From an uncultured Bdellovibrionales bacterium (lineage in GTDB: Bacteria > Patescibacteriota > Minisyncoccia > Moranbacterales > UBA1568), in NCBI GenBank assembly GCA_964580285.1, contig CAZOKB010000001.1, positions 9,366-73,365 on the forward strand: DNA of 64,000 nt, given 5' to 3'. Within the stretch, counting starts at the first letter, position 1. Each line of letters begins with the position of its first letter. Shown here one piece after another: positions 29,815-38,648 of this stretch. Made by a program: the position numbers and the translations under genes. The notes under the pieces are model-generated. The model saw only the letters and a program-made list of their open reading frames with translations. It did no database searches and was not told the origin of the DNA.

Positions 29815-30984
29815 ATGGCTCAAAAATACTTCATTCATACCTTTGGGTGTCAGCAGAATGAGGCTGATTCGGAACGGATCGCTAGTTTTTATGAATCACG
29901 CGGTCTTCTTCCAGCTAGAAATATTCACGTGGCAGACGTGATTGTGCTCAACACCTGTGTCGTGCGGGAACGGGCTGAGGAAAAAGTGTTCGGGTTGATC
30001 CGTAATATTCGGAGCGGACTCAAAGGGAATAGGGACGCGAGGATCGTTGTGACCGGTTGCTTGATCGGCGCGGCGTCCCGGGTGCCAGGAGGCAAGATGA
30101 TGAAGAAGCTTCGTATGCGGCTGCCGGATGTAGAATTTCTGCCGTTGGAAGAAGTTGGATTTGAACACGCACCGAAACGCACACGGAGACAGTCAGCATC
30201 TATTCCTATCTCCAATGGATGCAATAACTACTGCGCGTACTGTATCGTCCCCTTTTCGCGGGGTAAGGAGCGATCACGTTCTTTCGAAGAAATTCTCAAT
30301 GAAGCGCAGGAAGCTGTACAGCAGGGAGCGGAAGAAATTTTCTTGCTGGGTCAGAATGTTAATTCTTACGGAGCGGATTTTTTGATGGAAAAATTGAAAA
30401 CAGGGGAAAAGTATTTGTTACCCGGTGGAACACTCGTTGAACCAGTCATGGTGAAGCACTTGAATCGTCATCGTATTCCTACGCTATTTCCGTACCTGCT
30501 CGAAGCGGTAGCGAATATTCCCGGAGTCAAAAAAATCATGTTCATGTCTTCGAACCCATGGGACTTTTCTGACCAACTGATTGAAGTGATTGCCCGGCAT
30601 ACCAATATCGACCGGCTTATTCATTTGCCAGTACAGGCCGGGAGTGATGCGGTGCTCAAGCGCATGAATCGCTGGTATACGCGAGATGAATATTTGGCAC
30701 TCATCGCTCGGATCAGAGAAAAAATACCTGAGGTGAAATTCACAACGGATATCATTGTGGGTTTTCCCGGTGAAACAGAAGCAGATTTTGAGGCAACGAA
30801 AGCCGTGGCGCAGGCAGTAAAATTTGAGAAGGCTTATATTGCTTGGTATTCACCGCGCCCGGGGACACAGGGGATGAAAGAGCTTTCGGACGATGTACCT
30901 TTTCTTGAAAAAAAGCGTCGGCATCGGGAACTCGATGCATTGGTTCTTACATTGGCGGGGAATGAGTGGGCTATTAAGCATTGA
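29815..30984 (+). CDS. miaB: MiaB-family tRNA methylthiotransferase (no TRAM domain)
   Basis: TFGCQQNE, NTC, GC, GCNNYCAYC, TDIIVGFPGET, YSPRPGT. Confidence 0.88.
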   Translation: MAQKYFIHTFGCQQNEADSERIASFYESRGLLPARNIHVADVIVLNTCVVRERAEEKVFGLIRNIRSGLKGNRDARIVVTGCLIGAASRVPGGKMMKKLRMRLPDVEFLPLEEVGFEHAPKRTRRQSASIPISNGCNNYCAYCIVPFSRGKERSRSFEEILNEAQEAVQQGAEEIFLLGQNVNSYGADFLMEKLKTGEKYLLPGGTLVEPVMVKHLNRHRIPTLFPYLLEAVANIPGVKKIMFMSSNPWDFSDQLIEVIARHTNIDRLIHLPVQAGSDAVLKRMNRWYTRDEYLALIARIREKIPEVKFTTDIIVGFPGETEADFEATKAVAQAVKFEKAYIAWYSPRPGTQGMKELSDDVPFLEKKRRHRELDALVLTLAGNEWAIKH

Positions 30985-31106
30985 GTGGGAATATCGAGTA
31001 GAGAATATTGAATGTTGAATAGGGAAGAGAATATAGGTTTTTCTGGCTACGAAAGAGATTTTTTCTGTTACCAAAGATGAAGGGTCTATCTGGCGGAGAC
31101 AGATAC

Positions 31107-31145
31107 TTCTCCCGATGCCCGAGACTTGCCGATAGCAAGGGAAAA
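31107..31145 (+). repeat. Hairpin repeat family copy 4 (degenerate, internally deleted)
   Basis: TTCTCCCGATGCCCGAGACTTGCCGATAGCAAGGGAAAA; arm-like GGCTACGAAAGAGATTTT upstream at about 31045. Confidence 0.75.
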
Positions 31146-31214
31146 CCTTTATTTCACCCCAGCAGGCAAAAGCACAGGATGAGGGATGAATTTCCGTGTT
31201 AGTATGGAGGTGCT

Positions 31215-32015
31215 ATGACGATGAAATCTATGAAAACAATGACACCGCTTTCTCTGGTTTCTTGGAACGTGAATGGTATCCGGGCCGCTGAACGGAAAGG
31301 GTTTCTTGAGTGGCTCAACCACCATAAATATTCTATTGTCTGTCTCCAGGAGACAAAGATCTCGCATCCGGATCAGTTATCGGATTCATTGGCACAGCCG
31401 CCGGGCTATTTCGCCTATTTCCATTGTGCAACCGAGAAAAAGGGGTACAGCGGCACCGCTGTCTATACTCGCGAAGAGCCATTTGAAGTAAAGACTTTTT
31501 TTGGAGACAATCTCCTTTCAAAAGAGGGGCGCATGATGGAACTGCACTTCAAGGATTTTGTGCTGCTCAATATCTATTTTCCGAATGGTGGGTCGGGTGA
31601 AGAGCGGCTGCGGTACAAGATGCGTTTCTATACGGAATTTCTCGAATATATTTCCGAGCTAGTCCGGCAAGGAAAAAATATCGTGTTCTGCGGCGATGTG
31701 AATACGGCGCATCAGGAAATTGACCTCGCTCGTCCCAAAGAGAATGAGAAGATTTCTGGATTTCTACCCATAGAGAGAGCCTGGATGGATGAGCTCGTTG
31801 GAGCAGGATTTATCGACACATTCCGGAGGGCGGAACCCGAGACGGTGAAGTATTCCTGGTGGGATATGAAGACACGGGCCCGCGAGCGCAACGTGGGTTG
31901 GCGGATTGATTATTTCTTCGTGAATCAGGGTTTTGTTCTACGGGTGATGGAAACGGAATACCTGAATGATATTGTGGGGTCGGATCATTGTCCGGTACTG
32001 CTTAAGATCGCTTAG
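31215..32015 (+). CDS. xth: Exodeoxyribonuclease III / AP endonuclease
   Basis: SWNVNG, LQETK, YFPNG, GDVN, WRIDY, SDHCP. Confidence 0.95.
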   Translation: MTMKSMKTMTPLSLVSWNVNGIRAAERKGFLEWLNHHKYSIVCLQETKISHPDQLSDSLAQPPGYFAYFHCATEKKGYSGTAVYTREEPFEVKTFFGDNLLSKEGRMMELHFKDFVLLNIYFPNGGSGEERLRYKMRFYTEFLEYISELVRQGKNIVFCGDVNTAHQEIDLARPKENEKISGFLPIERAWMDELVGAGFIDTFRRAEPETVKYSWWDMKTRARERNVGWRIDYFFVNQGFVLRVMETEYLNDIVGSDHCPVLLKIA

Positions 32016-32035
32016 GAGAAATATTTTTTTTGAAT

Positions 32036-33265
32036 ATGCAACAGGCACCTTCTTCAGGAATACCGTCATCGGTTCCGTTGCCGGAACGGATGCGGCCGCA
32101 GTCGGCAGACACGTATCTTGGCCAGGAAAAGATTTTTGGCGAGGGCTCATTTTTACGTGAAGCGGTACGGAACGGTGTTATTCCTTCCCTCTTGTTCTGG
32201 GGACCGCCAGGAAGCGGTAAGACAACGCTGGCTCGGATTTTGTCACACGAGTTGGCAGCGGAATTTATTCAATTATCGGCGGTTGAAAGCGGTAAGAAAG
32301 ATCTGACTGCCGTACTGGAGCGCGCCAGAATGAATCAAGCGGAGGGGAGACGTACGCTGTTGTTCTTAGATGAAATCCATCGGTGGAACAAAGCACAGCA
32401 AGACGCCTTACTTCCTTTTGTGGAATCAGGAATCATTACCCTGATCGGAGCGACGACCGAGAATCCAAGCTTTTCGGTGAACGCCGCGCTTCTTTCACGG
32501 ACCCGGGTGTTAGTGCTGTCAGTCCTTTCCCCAGAGGTGATAGAGATGTTGCTTGATCGGGCAATCAGTGAAGATGATTTTCTGATCGCAGCTGGTGTCG
32601 AGGTTGAGACTGGTGTAACCAGATTTTTGGCAGAGGCGTCTGGCGGCGATGCCCGGCAAGCACTTTCGGCACTTGAGGCTTGTGCGTTACGGACACCACG
32701 CATTACACTCGCGCTGGCAGAGGAGGTAATGCAGCGTTCGCACTTGCTCTACGATAAGCAAGGGGAATGGCACTACGATGTCATTTCCGCGCTGCACAAA
32801 TCCATGCGGGGTGGTGATGCGGATGGAGCGCTCTATTGGTTGGGACGGATGTTGGAAGCTGGTGAGGATCCGCTCTATGTGGCGAGACGCATGATTCGCT
32901 TCGCTTCTGAGGATATCGGGGTGGCGAACTCCTTTGCATTGCCTCAGGCAGTGGCGGCGTACGAAGCCTGTCAGCGGATCGGGATGCCGGAATGTGAGTT
33001 GAATTTAGCTCAGGCCGCCGTGTATTTGGCTAAATCAAAGAAGTCCAACGCGCTTTATGTAGCTTATGGCCAAGTGAAAGAAGATATCCGTCGGTTCCCT
33101 AATGAACCGGTGCCGTTCCATCTCCGTAACGCTCCGACAAAGCTCATGAAAGGGCTTGGGTATGGGAAAAATTATAAATACACGCCAAACTACGTAACCG
33201 AGGAAGCGGCTCATCAGGAGTATCTTCCAGAACGGCTCAAGAATCGGAAATATCTAGAGTTTTAG
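32036..33265 (+). CDS. rarA: Replication-associated recombination protein A (RarA/MgsA)
   Basis: [48 protein letters not shown]. Confidence 0.95.
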   Translation: MQQAPSSGIPSSVPLPERMRPQSADTYLGQEKIFGEGSFLREAVRNGVIPSLLFWGPPGSGKTTLARILSHELAAEFIQLSAVESGKKDLTAVLERARMNQAEGRRTLLFLDEIHRWNKAQQDALLPFVESGIITLIGATTENPSFSVNAALLSRTRVLVLSVLSPEVIEMLLDRAISEDDFLIAAGVEVETGVTRFLAEASGGDARQALSALEACALRTPRITLALAEEVMQRSHLLYDKQGEWHYDVISALHKSMRGGDADGALYWLGRMLEAGEDPLYVARRMIRFASEDIGVANSFALPQAVAAYEACQRIGMPECELNLAQAAVYLAKSKKSNALYVAYGQVKEDIRRFPNEPVPFHLRNAPTKLMKGLGYGKNYKYTPNYVTEEAAHQEYLPERLKNRKYLEF

Positions 33266-33271
33266 CGAGGA

Positions 33272-33300
33272 TTGACAAGAATCCAGAAATACAGTATGCT
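33272..33300 (+). promoter_or_regulatory. sigma70 promoter of the three-micro-ORF unit
   Basis: TTGACA-17-TATGCT. Confidence 0.75.
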
Positions 33301-33405
33301 GCTTAAGTGATGCTGTTAGCATCCGGGTAAACGACCTCAACGTAAAGTATCTGTTAGGCCGTTTTTTGTTTTCAGTGTTGTTTAACAAAGCACGAGGAGA
33401 GAGTC

Positions 33406-33534
33406 TTGATTATCTGCGAACGATCCGCTGGCGTCCAAGGGAGAATGAGCCCCATGCAAGAGCGGATTTTGGTTGTACTGGCCCAGACGGCAAGGTACTT
33501 TGGTATCCCGCGGGCCTGCATTCCCTTGTCCTAA
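33406..33534 (+). CDS. Putative 42-aa micro-protein
   Basis: GAGGAG SD then TTG; MIICERSAGVQGRMSPMQERILVVLAQTARYFGIPRACIPLS; below the ORF-track cutoff. Confidence 0.45.
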   Translation: MIICERSAGVQGRMSPMQERILVVLAQTARYFGIPRACIPLS

Positions 33535-33550
33535 GGAAGAAGGAGACGCT

Positions 33551-33724
33551 ATGGTAACTCAAGGAGACATAGAGCACTTCAGTGATTTGTATCGGGAAGG
33601 GGAGAATAATAACTCGCCGCCGGTGCAGCTATGTAACCCGTTCTATTGGAACTATTGCTTCTGGCAAATCATCGGTGCTGCTTGTCAGACAGTACTGGCG
33701 GAACCGGAGGGAACCAGTGCCTGA
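33551..33724 (+). CDS. Putative 57-aa Cys/aromatic-rich micro-protein
   Basis: AAGGAG SD then ATG 33551; MVTQGDIEHF..CNPFYWNYCFWQIIGAAC.. Confidence 0.55.
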   Translation: MVTQGDIEHFSDLYREGENNNSPPVQLCNPFYWNYCFWQIIGAACQTVLAEPEGTSA

Positions 33725-33923
33725 ACAGTTCATACAGCGAGGTTTGGAAGCAACACAGTCGGGAGCGCATAACCTGTCTGTCGCACGAGCTTCTCTTTTG
33801 GCGGCCCGGATTCAGTTCGGTCGCTTACCAGAACCACAGAGGACCCAAGAAGTCTTAGAACGGATCGCTCAATTACACCATCGGGTTGAGGCTCTGTATC
33901 GAGGGATGCCTCTAACGGAGTAG
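33717..33923 (+). CDS. Putative 68-aa helical micro-protein
   Basis: GGAGG SD then GTG 33717, overlapping the upstream ORF by 8 nt; terminator CCCGGGGCAAG..CTTGCCCCGGGTTTTT at 33941-33980. Confidence 0.55.
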   Translation: MPEQFIQRGLEATQSGAHNLSVARASLLAARIQFGRLPEPQRTQEVLERIAQLHHRVEALYRGMPLTE

Positions 33924-34074
33924 TCGAAGTGGTGCACAATCCCGGGGCAAGGAAGTTTTTCTTGCCCCGGGTTTTTCTTTTCGAGTACAGAGATGGATTT
34001 TGCAGAGGAGCTGAGATGTGATTGAATAAAAGACTGAGGATGCTCAGATTCTTACTTTTTAATAGAGTAGTCCT

Positions 34075-34560
34075 ATGTTGCCAAAACTCAACAAAGCAGC
34101 TCCAGGCTTTTCTCTCCCTGATCAAGACGGCGTGCAGCATTCGCTCTCTGAATACCGGGGACATGTGGTAGTCCTCTATTTCTATCCGAAGGATGACACA
34201 CTGGGCTGTACGCAAGAAGCGTGTGGTTTTCGTGACGCGTATGCTCGCTTTAAGCGGGCCGGTATAGTGGTACTCGGAGTCTCAGTAGATTCAGTAAAAA
34301 AACACGCCAAATTTAGAACGAAGTATGCGTTGCCATTTACGTTGCTGGCTGATGAAGAAAAGGCAGTGGTTGAATGTTATGGTGTATGGGCGCAAAAGAA
34401 ATTCATGGGACGAGAATACATGGGCATACTTCGGACGACTTTTTTGATCGATCCGCAAGGGAAAATTTCCAAGATCTACGAGAACGTGAAACCGGAAGCT
34501 CATGCTGATGCGGTGCTTACGGATGCGAAGGCTCTGCTCAAGCTGCAAAAAAATACGTAA
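34075..34560 (+). CDS. bcp: Peroxiredoxin BCP
   Basis: YFYPKDDTLGCTQEAC, RTTFLID. Confidence 0.95.
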   Translation: MLPKLNKAAPGFSLPDQDGVQHSLSEYRGHVVVLYFYPKDDTLGCTQEACGFRDAYARFKRAGIVVLGVSVDSVKKHAKFRTKYALPFTLLADEEKAVVECYGVWAQKKFMGREYMGILRTTFLIDPQGKISKIYENVKPEAHADAVLTDAKALLKLQKNT

Positions 34561-34604
34561 CGTAGAGTTCTTGACGCAAAAGAACGATTTCCTGAATCCC
34601 CCCT

Positions 34605-34789
34605 AAAAGTCTATCGGGAAATTTTTTCGGACCATGTCGCTTCCGATCGGGAACCGTTTCCGGTATAAGCGCCGCAAAAAAATTTCCTGACTCCCGAGTT
34701 TACATAGGGGCACAGGGAATTTTGTCGGCGTGATACCGGAAAACAGTCGATCGGAAGTGCGGTACGAAAGGGTTTCCTGATAGGCTTTT
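34605..34789 (+). ncRNA. Candidate structured RNA: 185-nt long imperfect hairpin
   Basis: Arms pair over about 75 bp by manual pairing, with about 9 G-U pairs on the + strand; a terminator-like hairpin follows at 34801-34828. Confidence 0.55.
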
Positions 34790-34865
34790 GATATAAGAAT
34801 AAAAATGGCTTTTCAAGGCCGTTTTTTTATGGTTGCTCGGTGGATAACTTGGGTAGGGAGGGGTG

Positions 34866-34930
34866 TTGACCGGTTTCCCATAAGTGGAGTAAAATGGTGA
34901 TACATACCTATAAAGTGGTGAAAAGTGGTG
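34866..34930 (+). promoter_or_regulatory. mraZ promoter with MraZ-box direct repeats
   Basis: TTGACC-18-TAAAAT; GTGGAG/ATGGTG/GTGGTG/GTGGTG at 34884, 34894, 34915, 34925 (about 10-bp phasing). Confidence 0.8.
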
Positions 34931-34949
34931 AAAACAAAGTAAAGGGATT

Positions 34950-35384
34950 ATGTTCATTGGTGAGTACTCACATTCGATTGATCCAAAAAAGCGCCTGGCG
35001 CTACCTTCGAAGTTTCGTGGGGAGCTTGGTAATCGAGTGGTGGTAACACGAGGGCTTGATCATTGTCTCTTCGTGTATCCGATGAAGGTCTGGGAAGAGA
35101 TTGCTGCGAAATTGGGAAATTTACCGGTAGGAGAATCAGGAACACGTAGCTTTATCCGCTTGATGCTTTCGGGAGCAGTGGATACAGAGTTGGATAGCCA
35201 AGGGAGAGTGCTTCTCCCGGAGTATCTGAAGAGTGATGCAGGGTTAAAAAAAGATGTAGCAGTAGTAGGTGTCTATAATCGGCTTGAGATTTGGGATGAA
35301 GGGGCATGGAAGAAATACAAGCTGAATGCGGAAAAAAATACTGGCAAGATTGCGGAAGAACTCGGTAAGCTCGGCGTGTACTAA
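34950..35384 (+). CDS. mraZ: Transcriptional regulator MraZ
   Basis: MFIGEY..IDPKKRL and LDSQGRV repeats, EIW. Confidence 0.97.
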   Translation: MFIGEYSHSIDPKKRLALPSKFRGELGNRVVVTRGLDHCLFVYPMKVWEEIAAKLGNLPVGESGTRSFIRLMLSGAVDTELDSQGRVLLPEYLKSDAGLKKDVAVVGVYNRLEIWDEGAWKKYKLNAEKNTGKIAEELGKLGVY

Positions 35385-35480
35385 AAAAGTTCTCTCAGAA
35401 TTACGTACAGCAAGAAAAGAAAAGTTCAGCATTCAAAATAAAAATTGACCGAACAGAACGATTTCTATTTTGAGGGTTGA

Positions 35481-36452
35481 ATGAGTATGAATGAGACGCA
35501 GCATATTGCAGTACTGGCGGAAGAGGTTCTTCTCGGATTGCACCTTAAGAATGGGGATAGGGTGATTGACGCAACGCTCGGCGGAGGCGGACACACGCTT
35601 CTTATGAAGCAGGCCTTGGGAGAGAGTGGCCGTATTCTCTCGCTTGATATGGATGTCGAAGCGATTGCTCGTTTCGAAGCTCGGGTGAGAGGAGATGCGT
35701 ACCTCGGGCGGGAAATGGAAGAGGGTCGGCTCTGCGTAGCGCACGCGAACTTTTCTGATATTGCGCGTGTCGCAGAGGAACGGGGCTTCGGGGAAGTAGA
35801 GGTTTTGTTTGCGGATCTCGGGTATTCCTCTGATCAAATGGATGATGAGTCGCGAGGGCTTTCCTTTATGAAGGATGGTCCGCTCGATATGCGACTGGAT
35901 CGCCAATCAGAGAAGACAGCGGAATTGGTGGTGAATACGTGGTCTGAGGGAGCACTAGCGAAGTTGTTTGCTGAGGCGGGTGACGAGGAATACGCACGCA
36001 GTATTGCTCGCTCGATCGTGAAGCAGCGAGTGGAGCGGGCTTTTTCTGGAACGCTTGAGCTGGCGCAAACAATCGAACGTTCGATACCAGCCCGTATCAG
36101 GGCGGAGCGAAAAACACATCCGGCTACGAAAGTCTTTCAGGCCTTGCGGATCGCGGTGAACGATGAATTAGCAAGTCTGTCGGCGTTACTCCAACAGTCG
36201 CTGGAACTGGTAGTTACCGGAGGGCGAATAGGCATCATCAGTTTTCACTCCGGGGAGGATCGCATGGTCAAAAGGTTTTTTCAGAAAGAAGCGAAGGGGT
36301 GCGAGTGTCCGCCGAATTTCCCGGTTTGTGTGTGCGGTAGGTTGCCGCGGGTGCGCATTCTGACTGCTGAACCCATAGTGCCGAAGGAAGAAGAAATACG
36401 GATCAATCCTCGAGCTCGGAGTGCCAAACTCCGTATTGCCGAGAAGCTCTGA
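35481..36452 (+). CDS. rsmH: 16S rRNA m4C1402 methyltransferase
   Basis: DATLGGGGH, DLGYSS, PLDMR, FQALRIAVN, ISFHSGEDR, NPRARSAKLR. Confidence 0.97.
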   Translation: MSMNETQHIAVLAEEVLLGLHLKNGDRVIDATLGGGGHTLLMKQALGESGRILSLDMDVEAIARFEARVRGDAYLGREMEEGRLCVAHANFSDIARVAEERGFGEVEVLFADLGYSSDQMDDESRGLSFMKDGPLDMRLDRQSEKTAELVVNTWSEGALAKLFAEAGDEEYARSIARSIVKQRVERAFSGTLELAQTIERSIPARIRAERKTHPATKVFQALRIAVNDELASLSALLQQSLELVVTGGRIGIISFHSGEDRMVKRFFQKEAKGCECPPNFPVCVCGRLPRVRILTAEPIVPKEEEIRINPRARSAKLRIAEKL

Positions 36453-36492
36453 AAAAGAGCAGGAGTCAAAAAAAACAAAAAAACAAAAGAAT

Positions 36493-36843
36493 ATGCAGAC
36501 GATTATCAGACATAAAAGAAGGGATATTCCCATGGGATCAGCTGCACGCTTGTCTCAACAGGGGTCGACACGAATCGGAGGGTCTTTTGGTGTCTTGCTA
36601 TTTTTGATCGTTTTGTCAGGAGGGTATGTTTTCTCGGTGAACAGCAACGCGGTGCAGGGGTACCATATGCGTCATCTAGAAAAAACTATTACTGATATGA
36701 GAGAGGAAAATGCTCGCTTGCGGATTCTTGAGGCAGATACCAAATCGTTTCAGCGGATAGAAGAAGCGAGCGGTTCTTTGGTGCTTGAGCGCGCAGATAC
36801 GCCGCAGTATTTTGAAGAACGAGATGTGGTGGCTCTACGTTGA
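36493..36843 (+). CDS. FtsL-like bitopic coiled-coil protein
   Basis: TM plus coiled coil, located between rsmH and ftsI. Confidence 0.7.
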   Translation: MQTIIRHKRRDIPMGSAARLSQQGSTRIGGSFGVLLFLIVLSGGYVFSVNSNAVQGYHMRHLEKTITDMREENARLRILEADTKSFQRIEEASGSLVLERADTPQYFEERDVVALR

Positions 36844-36869
36844 TAATGACAGGTGAGGGGATATTTTTT

Positions 36870-38639
36870 ATGAAACAATGGAGGATCCCTCAGGGTATGA
36901 AAAAAGAAGAAAGGCGCGGGAATCATGGTGTTTCCCGCGTTGATTTTGTTTTTATTACTTTTGTTGTATTGGGGGTCTGTTTGTTGGTGCGCTTATATAA
37001 GACGCAGGTTGTTGAACACGGGATGTGGGCGCAGCAAGCGGAAGAGCAGCGTTTAGCCACGGTAAATCTCCAGGCGGAGCGAGGAGAAATATTTTTGCGA
37101 GATACCGACGGACCGTATCCTTTGGCGGTGAATCGAGAATATATGCTGGCATATGTTGTGCCTAAAGACGTGACGGAGCCGGATACGGTAGCGCTTAAAC
37201 TCGGGGAAGCGTTGTCGGTGGATACGAAGGATATACTGGCTCGTTTGGCTGACCGGAGCGACCCCTTTGAAGTTATCAAACGAAAATTGAGTGACGATGA
37301 AGTGACTCGGGTACAAGAACTTCAGCTGAAAGGAGTGGCGCTCATGCCTGAAAAATACCGCTACTACCCAGCAGGTAACCTGGCTTCTCATATTGTAGGT
37401 TTTTCGAGTCTGGGAGAACGAGGTGGAGCTGGTGGATATGGCATTGAAGCGGCGTTTGATGATGAGCTGCGAGGTTTTTCGGCGGAGGTGAAACAGGAAC
37501 GAGATGCTGGAGGTCGCTGGATTGCTTTGTCGAATCGACCTGAGGATGCACCGAATCAAGGTGATGCTTTGGTGCTGACTATTGATCGTGTGATTCAGCA
37601 TGAGACAGAAAAAATTCTGAAGGAGGCATTGGAAAAACACAGCGCTGATTCTGCTACAGCCCTTGTGATGGATCCAGAGACAGGAAAAATCCTTTCAATG
37701 GCCACGATGCCGGATTTTAATCCTAATGAATACGCTAAGACAGAAGACTACAGTGTTTTTCTGAATCCGGCGGTGAGTTTGCCTTATGAGCCAGGATCAG
37801 TAATGAAGCCGATCACCATGGCTATTGGTATCGATGAAAAGAAAGTGGCTCCCGGAACAGAATATACCGATACGGGAGCGGTGACCGAATCTGGCTATAC
37901 CGTACGTAATTCCGAAAATAAGGTGTACGGACGGAGTACAATGACCAAAGTATTGGAGGAGTCCATTAATACTGGCATGATTTTTGTTGAACGGCAGGTG
38001 GGGCATGCAGTGTTTGCTGAACGACTGAGGCGTTTTGGTTTTGGAGAAAAAACAGGAGTGCGTCTTCCGGCAGAGGCTGCGGGAAATCTGCATAACTTGG
38101 ATGATCTGCGAATCGGGATACAGTTTTATACAGCTGCTTTTGGCCAAGGGATTACTGCTACGCCGCTGCAGATTGTCGCTGCCTATGCGGCATTGGCTAA
38201 TGGAGGAATGTTGATGCGGCCAGAAATTGTGGATGTCATCAAGCATGCAGATGGACAGCAGGAAACTATAAAACCAGAGGAGATCCGACGAGTGATCAGT
38301 AAAGAGACGAGCGTAGAGATAGGAAAAATGCTTCGGAGCGTGGTTGTGAACGGTCACGGAAAGAGGGCGGATGTACCAGGCTACGAAGTTGTCGGGAAAA
38401 CCGGTACAGCTCAGGTAGCGAAAACCGACGGTAAGGGGTATGAAGAAAACAAGACGATCGGATCTTTTGTAGGCTATGCACCCCGAGAGCATCCGCGCTT
38501 TGTTGTGCTGGTTGAGATGGTGAATCCAAAAGATGTACAGTGGGCGGAATCAAGCGCAGCCCCAACTTTTGGCCAATTGATGCGATTTTTGCTCGAATAT
38601 GCGAGAATAGAACCGACAGAGATGTCTAAGAAACCGTAA
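36870..38639 (+). CDS. ftsI: Class B penicillin-binding protein (FtsI/PBP2 family)
   Basis: RGEI, EPGSVMK (SxxK), SIN (SxN), KTGT. Confidence 0.9.
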   Translation: MKQWRIPQGMKKEERRGNHGVSRVDFVFITFVVLGVCLLVRLYKTQVVEHGMWAQQAEEQRLATVNLQAERGEIFLRDTDGPYPLAVNREYMLAYVVPKDVTEPDTVALKLGEALSVDTKDILARLADRSDPFEVIKRKLSDDEVTRVQELQLKGVALMPEKYRYYPAGNLASHIVGFSSLGERGGAGGYGIEAAFDDELRGFSAEVKQERDAGGRWIALSNRPEDAPNQGDALVLTIDRVIQHETEKILKEALEKHSADSATALVMDPETGKILSMATMPDFNPNEYAKTEDYSVFLNPAVSLPYEPGSVMKPITMAIGIDEKKVAPGTEYTDTGAVTESGYTVRNSENKVYGRSTMTKVLEESINTGMIFVERQVGHAVFAERLRRFGFGEKTGVRLPAEAAGNLHNLDDLRIGIQFYTAAFGQGITATPLQIVAAYAALANGGMLMRPEIVDVIKHADGQQETIKPEEIRRVISKETSVEIGKMLRSVVVNGHGKRADVPGYEVVGKTGTAQVAKTDGKGYEENKTIGSFVGYAPREHPRFVVLVEMVNPKDVQWAESSAAPTFGQLMRFLLEYARIEPTEMSKKP

Positions 38640-38648
38640 AAGCGTGTC

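Noticed and set aside
34605-34789. Naming the long hairpin as 6S or SRP RNA
   Set aside because: The size fits 6S, but there is no large central bubble and no SRP domain IV motif; left as an unnamed candidate.
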